Part shown: piece by piece, positions 33,648 to 38,028 of the stretch
Position numbering within the stretch: position 1 is the first letter of the stretch
How the letters are laid out: the number at the start of each line of letters is the position of its first letter
DNA from: an uncultured Gammaproteobacteria bacterium
GTDB lineage: Bacteria; Patescibacteriota; Microgenomatia; UBA12405; JAHJSD01
Direction of reading: 5' to 3'
Assembly: GCA_964536585.1 (NCBI GenBank)
Contig: CAZHXO010000001.1
Coordinates: forward strand, 1-38,028
DNA length: 38,028 nucleotides
Translations under genes and position numbers: made by a program
The notes under the pieces: model-generated
Seen by the model: only the letters and a program-made list of their open reading frames with translations
Database searches by the model: none
What the model was told of the DNA's origin: nothing

Positions 33648-35594
33648 TTAAATATCTAACTCTGCCATTTTAGCATGGGTTTGTATAAAGTGTCTTCTTG
33701 GTGATACTTTTTTGCCCATTAAAATTCTAAAAGTCTCATCAGCTTTTTCTGCATCTTCAATAGTGACTTGTTTAAGAATCCTCTTTTCGGGTTTCATCGT
33801 TGTGTCCCAAAGCTGGTTTGGGTTCATTTCACCTAAACCCTTATATCTTTGAATACTTATATTCTTGTAATTTTTATTGAATTTTTCAATTAGTTTATCT
33901 TTTTCTGCTTCAGTGTATGCATATTCAGATTTTTTGCCGGCACTGACTTTGTATAATGGTGGTTGAGCAATATATAGATAGCCCCCTTTAATAATTTCCG
34001 GTAAATATCTAAAAAAGAAAGTCAGAAGCAGAGTATCAATATGAGCACCGTCAACATCAGCGTCAGTCATAATAATTACCCGGTGGTATCTAAGCTTTTC
34101 AATCTCAGTGTTTTCTCCAATACCCATACCTAAGGCGACAATTAAATCTTTTAACTCTTCAAATTCAACAATTTTATCCAAATGTGCTTTTTCAGTGTTT
34201 AATATTTTACCTCTCAGGGGTAAAATTGCTTGAAATTTTCGATCTCGACCCTGTTTAGCTGAGCCACCGGCTGAATCTCCTTCGACAATAAAAAGTTCTG
34301 ATTTTTCCGGCTTTTTAGATTGACAATCAGCTAATTTACCTGGCAATCCCAAGGAGTCAAAAACTCCTTTTCTGCTAATTGCATCCCGAGCAGCCTTAGC
34401 AGCCTTTCGCGCCCGGATGGTCAAAAATATTTTTTCCAGGATTGTTTTAGCAGTGCCTGGGTGTTCTTCTAAGTAAGTTTCTAATCCTTCCCGAACTACT
34501 TTAGCAATAAAAGGCCGAATTTCACTGTTACCTAACTTTGCTTTAGTTTGGCCTTCAAACTCTAGATCTTTGGATGGCATTTTAATTGAAATTACTGCCG
34601 TCAGCCCTTCACGGGTGTCTCTTCCTCTAATCCGACCGTTTTTAAGCTTTTTAGCCAGCCCGTTTTCTTTAGCATATTTCTTGATTACTCGAGTGAGAGC
34701 ACTTTTAAATCCGGTTTCATGGCTCCCCCCTTCTGTTGTATTAATAACGTTTACAAAAGAAGCCATTTTTTGCCGGTTGGAATCGGTATATTGAATAGCA
34801 ATTTCTGCTTTGAACTCTCCTTCTTCTCCTTCAATATAGATTGGTTCGTGCAAAACCTCTTGGCTCTTATTTAGTCTTTTTATTAATGAGCGAATTCCCC
34901 CCTCAAAATAAAAGTGCGTTTCTTGGCCACCTCTTAAATTGTAAAAATGGAAGAAAAGTTTCGGAATTAAAAATGCCCTGTTCCTCAAGGAGTCTTTTAT
35001 TGTTTTGGGATTAAATTCTGTGGTTTGGGTAAAAATTTTGGGATCGGGATAAAAAGTGACCATTGTCCCGCTTTCTCTTTTGGGAATTTTTTTATTAATA
35101 CTGGGTTTTCTGGTTTTTTTTATTGATTTGACGTTTGTTTTTGGGTTGCCGCGAGTGTAACTTTGAAAGTAGATTTTTTTGCCACGCAAGACTTCAACTT
35201 CCATCTCAGTTGATAGAGCATTTACTACACTTGAACCAACACCGTGGAGCCCGCCTGAAATTTTATAAGCTTCTCCGTCAAATTTTCCTCCGGCATGGAG
35301 TTTGGTCATGACAATTTCTAAAGCGGATTTGTTGTATTTCTTGATTTTGTCAACTGGAATTCCTCGGCCGTCGTCAACTACAGTAATTGAGCCATCTTCG
35401 TTTAAAAAAACCCAAACATTGTCAGCAAATCCAGCTAAAGCTTCATCAATAGCATTGTCAATAATTTCATTAACGCACTGATGCAACCCAGTTACATCAG
35501 TGGAGCCAATATACATTGCTGGCCGTTTGCGAACAGGGGCAAGCCCTTCTAAAACGACAATTTGTTCTCCGGTATATCTATTTTTGTTAGCCAT
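33648..35594 (-). CDS. gyrB: DNA gyrase subunit B
   Basis: YIGSTDVTGLHQCVNEIIDNAIDE, GGLHGVGSSVVNALS, LFIVEGDSAGGSAKQGRDR, PLRGKILN, IMTDADVDGAHI. Confidence 0.95.
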   Translation of the reverse strand: MANKNRYTGEQIVVLEGLAPVRKRPAMYIGSTDVTGLHQCVNEIIDNAIDEALAGFADNVWVFLNEDGSITVVDDGRGIPVDKIKKYNKSALEIVMTKLHAGGKFDGEAYKISGGLHGVGSSVVNALSTEMEVEVLRGKKIYFQSYTRGNPKTNVKSIKKTRKPSINKKIPKRESGTMVTFYPDPKIFTQTTEFNPKTIKDSLRNRAFLIPKLFFHFYNLRGGQETHFYFEGGIRSLIKRLNKSQEVLHEPIYIEGEEGEFKAEIAIQYTDSNRQKMASFVNVINTTEGGSHETGFKSALTRVIKKYAKENGLAKKLKNGRIRGRDTREGLTAVISIKMPSKDLEFEGQTKAKLGNSEIRPFIAKVVREGLETYLEEHPGTAKTILEKIFLTIRARKAAKAARDAISRKGVFDSLGLPGKLADCQSKKPEKSELFIVEGDSAGGSAKQGRDRKFQAILPLRGKILNTEKAHLDKIVEFEELKDLIVALGMGIGENTEIEKLRYHRVIIMTDADVDGAHIDTLLLTFFFRYLPEIIKGGYLYIAQPPLYKVSAGKKSEYAYTEAEKDKLIEKFNKNYKNISIQRYKGLGEMNPNQLWDTTMKPEKRILKQVTIEDAEKADETFRILMGKKVSPRRHFIQTHAKMAELDI

Positions 35595-35672
35595 AAATTT
35601 TCTTGGAGCAAAAAAAATGTGCGGATTTCTCCGCCGTCAACTCCAGCAGATAATTTTAGTTCCCACTACTTA

Positions 35673-35701
35673 ATTATAGAATATTAATTTGCAAGCTGCA
35701 A
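35673..35701 (-). promoter_or_regulatory. candidate gyrB operon promoter
   Basis: On the minus strand: TTGCAG (35701-35696), 17-nt spacer, TATAAT (35678-35673). The leader of about 70 nt contains a GCGGA-gaaa-TCCGC hairpin. Confidence 0.45.
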
Positions 35702-35718
35702 GTGCACAAAATAGCCGA

Positions 35719-35907
35719 TTAATCGAGTTTTTCTATTGCCTCGACAGGGCAACCATTGATCGCTCTGTCAAGCTTATCACTCCCCTTTTTAGGTTGCTTG
35801 ATAACTTGGGCCTTGTTTGTTTTTGGATCAAGCTGAAAGATTTCTGGAGCAATGGTTGTGCATAATCCGCAGCTGATGCATTTACTTTGATCTATCCTAA
35901 TTTTCAT
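35719..35907 (-). CDS. small ferredoxin (single [4Fe-4S]/[3Fe-4S]-type cluster)
   Basis: 62 aa. CISCGLC...CP motif (KCISCGLCTTIAPEIF...GCPVEAIE). Confidence 0.8.
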   Translation of the reverse strand: MKIRIDQSKCISCGLCTTIAPEIFQLDPKTNKAQVIKQPKKGSDKLDRAINGCPVEAIEKLD

Positions 35908-36220
35908 GCTTTTTTCTCATCTGGTTAATAATTAATCTTAAATTAAAAAAAACAATAACTCCTTTTCCCAGCATTCCAGAGGTCGAGGTGAGAATAAAAA
36001 AAGTTAAAGGCAAAAGAATCACTGGTAGAATGTGAAGAATTTCCTTTTTAGGAAACAAAATTTCAATTTCCAGGATCATGTAGCCTATAAAAGCGCCGGC
36101 AGGGAGTAAGATTAACTGTGTCCAATGGGTTGATCTGAAAATTAAAATGAGTTCCCAAGTAATTAATAAACCTAAGCTGTATACAATAACAGTTGGAAGA
36201 TTTCTAAGTTTGTCAATCAT
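35897..36220 (-). CDS. hypothetical small membrane protein
   Basis: Three to four hydrophobic segments. The ORF is open to a TTG at 36238, but the ATG at 36220 sits 6 nt downstream of TATAAT (36232-36227). Confidence 0.45.
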   Translation of the reverse strand: MIDKLRNLPTVIVYSLGLLITWELILIFRSTHWTQLILLPAGAFIGYMILEIEILFPKKEILHILPVILLPLTFFILTSTSGMLGKGVIVFFNLRLIINQMRKKHEN

Positions 36221-36242
36221 TAATTCATTATATAACAAAAAC

Positions 36243-36277
36243 CTAGTTATAAGTTATGAGTTATTAGTTATAACTAG
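36243..36277 (-). terminator. intrinsic terminator after tyrS
   Basis: 10-bp stem ctagttataa/ttataactag with a 15-nt loop. On the minus strand it is followed by GTTTTTGTT. Confidence 0.55.
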
Positions 36278-36306
36278 ATAATAAATAAAAAATTGCTAAT
36301 TACTTT

Positions 36307-37431
36307 TTATATTTTTTTAATTAATTCTAATCCTTGTTTAGCTTTGCTCGATTTGAAGTGTTTTCTGGCTGGCTCAAGCTTTTTAATTAAGCGGTCAGCA
36401 AGGGCATTTTTTAGATCCAGTGGATGTAACTCTCCTTGCTGATAATCTTGTTTTAACTGGTCAATCTCCTTATAAACTATATTGCCCCCGTGTTCTTCTT
36501 TTCGAATTATTTCTAACCCCTTCTCTAGTCTATTTTTACCCCAGAAAATAAGTCTTTCTGTCCAGTCAATGATTGGATTGTAATCAACTTCTTGCGGAGG
36601 AGCAAAAGCAATTTTAATTTTTTCTCTTATTTCTTCAGGTGAATCATGAATAAAAATACATGATTTAGGATTGGATTTGCTCATTTTTATATCAATCAAA
36701 GTCTCCCTGGAAAGTTCCTTTACCGGCCATTCTGGCGGTTTTTCTAATCCGGCCAGCATTGGGTGGTGAATACACACAGGAGCAATTTTTTCACCTTTTT
36801 TGTTTTTAAGTGGTGAAATTTCCAATTTATCGGCTACTTCACGGGCAATAACATGGGCTTTTCTCTGGTCCATGCCAGCATGGGCAATATTTGCTCCTAA
36901 AGTAAAAATGTCAGCCACTTGCAGTGGCGGATAAATCAATTTGGCAAAGTCAACTCCTTCTTCGGCCTGTCTGCCAGCAATGTCCAAAGATCTTTGAACT
37001 CGGGATAAAGTAGTGTTTTGTGACACTTCCATTAAGGTTTGCCAGTGTTTTGAATCTTGATACAAATCACTAGCCAAAACAAAGTTTACTTTTTGCCAGT
37101 CAGCATCAAAGCATTTAAGCGAGGCGATTAGAGCCTCTTTAAAATAGTCGATAGCAACTTTTTTAGTGGTTGACCATTTTCCGTCTAATTTCTCGTTAAT
37201 AAAAGTGTGCCAGTCGGCTAAAAACACAGTACAGTCAACGCCGACGTTTAAAAAATCAGCTACCTTACCCATAGAAATTAGACCGGTGCCCAGATGGACC
37301 ATACCGGATATTTCAAAGCCAATGTAGTGTTTAAGTGGGGTTTCGGATTTAATTAATTTTTTTAAATCTTTGTCAGTTAAAACTTCTTCTGTGTTTCGGG
37401 TAATTAAATCTATTTTTTCATTGATGTTCAT
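36307..37431 (-). CDS. tyrS: tyrosine--tRNA ligase, archaeal/eukaryotic type
   Basis: Collinear by eye with Methanocaldococcus-type TyrRS: ITRNTEEVLTDKDL, HYIGFEISGMVHLG, IYPPLQVADI, GMDQRKAHVIARE, KMSKSNP, FIHDSPEEIREKIKIAF, ELHPLDLKNALADRLIKKLEPARKHF. Confidence 0.8.
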   Translation of the reverse strand: MNINEKIDLITRNTEEVLTDKDLKKLIKSETPLKHYIGFEISGMVHLGTGLISMGKVADFLNVGVDCTVFLADWHTFINEKLDGKWSTTKKVAIDYFKEALIASLKCFDADWQKVNFVLASDLYQDSKHWQTLMEVSQNTTLSRVQRSLDIAGRQAEEGVDFAKLIYPPLQVADIFTLGANIAHAGMDQRKAHVIAREVADKLEISPLKNKKGEKIAPVCIHHPMLAGLEKPPEWPVKELSRETLIDIKMSKSNPKSCIFIHDSPEEIREKIKIAFAPPQEVDYNPIIDWTERLIFWGKNRLEKGLEIIRKEEHGGNIVYKEIDQLKQDYQQGELHPLDLKNALADRLIKKLEPARKHFKSSKAKQGLELIKKI

Positions 37432-37473
37432 AGTTTTAATTTTAGCACTTCCCCACCCTATTTCAAAAATACA

Positions 37474-37503
37474 CCACTTAAGCGACGATCGTCTTTTAAG
37501 TGG
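37474..37503 (-). terminator. CGATCG-centred palindrome (family C), likely terminator of the upstream GH130-like gene
   Basis: ccacttaagcga-CGATCG-tcttttaagtgg, with outer 8 bp perfectly complementary. On the minus strand it is followed by TGTATTTTT. Confidence 0.55.
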
Positions 37504-37518
37504 CTCGGAAAGGATATT

Positions 37519-38028
37519 TTATTCATTTTGGCTGGTTAAATCATACAGAAGTTTATTTAAATTAACTGCGGCGACACCGACTACCTTATCTCCTCCGCCG
37601 TAATAAACATAAATATCTCCATTCAAAATTACTGCTCCGCAGGGATAAACAACATTGTTAACTTCACCTTCCAGTTCATACTTTAATCTCGGCTCGAGTA
37701 GAGGTTCATTTGACCGGGCAATAACTTGTCTTGGGTCATTTTTTTTAAGAAGCATTGCCCCCACCCGATAATGTTTATCTGCTTCAGAAATTGCGTGATA
37801 TAAAAGTAGCCAGCCGACATCGGTTTTAAACGGGGGAGCGGCAATGCCAATTTTGCGACTGTCCCAACTATCTGTTCGGGGTTTAAACCAGGCACTACCT
37901 TTAACCCATTTTTTATCTTTAAAATCAAGATTATCAACAAAATCAATCCAAATACACGGGTAAATACGGTGAAAAATAGCATATTTACCGTCTTTCATAT
38001 TGGGGACAATACAGGAGTTTTTATCGTC
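37519..38028 (-). CDS. GH130-like (DUF377) glycoside phosphorylase/hydrolase, C-terminal part (5' end beyond window)
   Basis: The frame stays open past the Met at 37998 to the window edge (DDKNSCIVPNMKDGKYAIFHR). WDSRKIGIAAPP, GWLLLYH, YRVGAMLL and VVYPCGAVILNGDIYVYYGGGDKVVGVA fit the five-bladed GH130 pattern. Confidence 0.7.
   Translation of the reverse strand, partial: DDKNSCIVPNMKDGKYAIFHRIYPCIWIDFVDNLDFKDKKWVKGSAWFKPRTDSWDSRKIGIAAPPFKTDVGWLLLYHAISEADKHYRVGAMLLKKNDPRQVIARSNEPLLEPRLKYELEGEVNNVVYPCGAVILNGDIYVYYGGGDKVVGVAAVNLNKLLYDLTSQNE

Noticed and set aside
35714-35727. Palindrome CGATTAATCG at the ferredoxin stop codon as another member of the palindrome family.
   Set aside because: It is only 10 bp, has a different core and no flanking arms, and mostly overlaps coding sequence and the stop codon. 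It is probably coincidental.
1-38028. Alternative genetic code (UGA recoding, as in some CPR lineages), prompted by the unusual release factor.
   Set aside because: TGA terminates well-defined genes at natural ends (the Cys-rich protein at 5258, dnaX at 11019, ctpA at 16071). Conserved proteins translate full-length under code 11 without in-frame TGA.

Overview
AT-rich, tightly packed bacterial chromosome segment of about 45 CDS and one tRNA. Gene content suggests a streamlined Candidate Phyla Radiation (Patescibacteria)-type genome. This is inference from shortened housekeeping proteins, an archaeal-type TyrRS, no rplI after rpsF-ssb-rpsR, and many small secreted or membrane proteins. The standard code applies, since TGA, TAA and TAG all end clear genes. 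Most of the window is housekeeping: frr, rseP, rpsU, dnaX, ybaB, cysS, rpsF-ssb-rpsR, ctpA, htrA, rpmE, a short RF1, hisS, dnaB, tRNA-Leu, a dksA-like gene, an rluA-family gene, yebC, a xerC/D-like gene, gyrB-ppa-gyrA, a ferredoxin and tyrS. Three parts stand out. (1) At 1.5-8.3 kb there is an accessory surface locus. A GH39-like hydrolase lies divergent from an operon of five secreted proteins with cohesin-like and dockerin-like modules. One of these has an LPETG sortase signal, and one is a 750-aa protein with about 9% cysteine that contains a perfect 295-bp in-frame duplication. (2) Two diverged paralogous PaaX-like (Cas2-like central domain) genes are each bracketed by a pair of 34-bp direct repeats. 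Each repeat is an imperfect palindrome centred on CGATCG. Each gene has the same promoter-on-hairpin layout, each sits between convergent housekeeping genes, and one lies next to the tyrosine recombinase. I read these as about 0.76-kb self-contained cassettes, possibly site-specifically inserted. This is my best candidate for something undescribed. (3) An 854-bp ORF-free, repeat-containing AT-rich gap lies upstream of the recombinase gene. Smaller points are an A9 slippage site in dnaX with immediate stops in both alternative frames, an RF1 lacking domain 1, a YbeY-like protein lacking the His triad, and several apparently leaderless genes. All calls come from reading the translations and sequence by eye. 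No searches were run.
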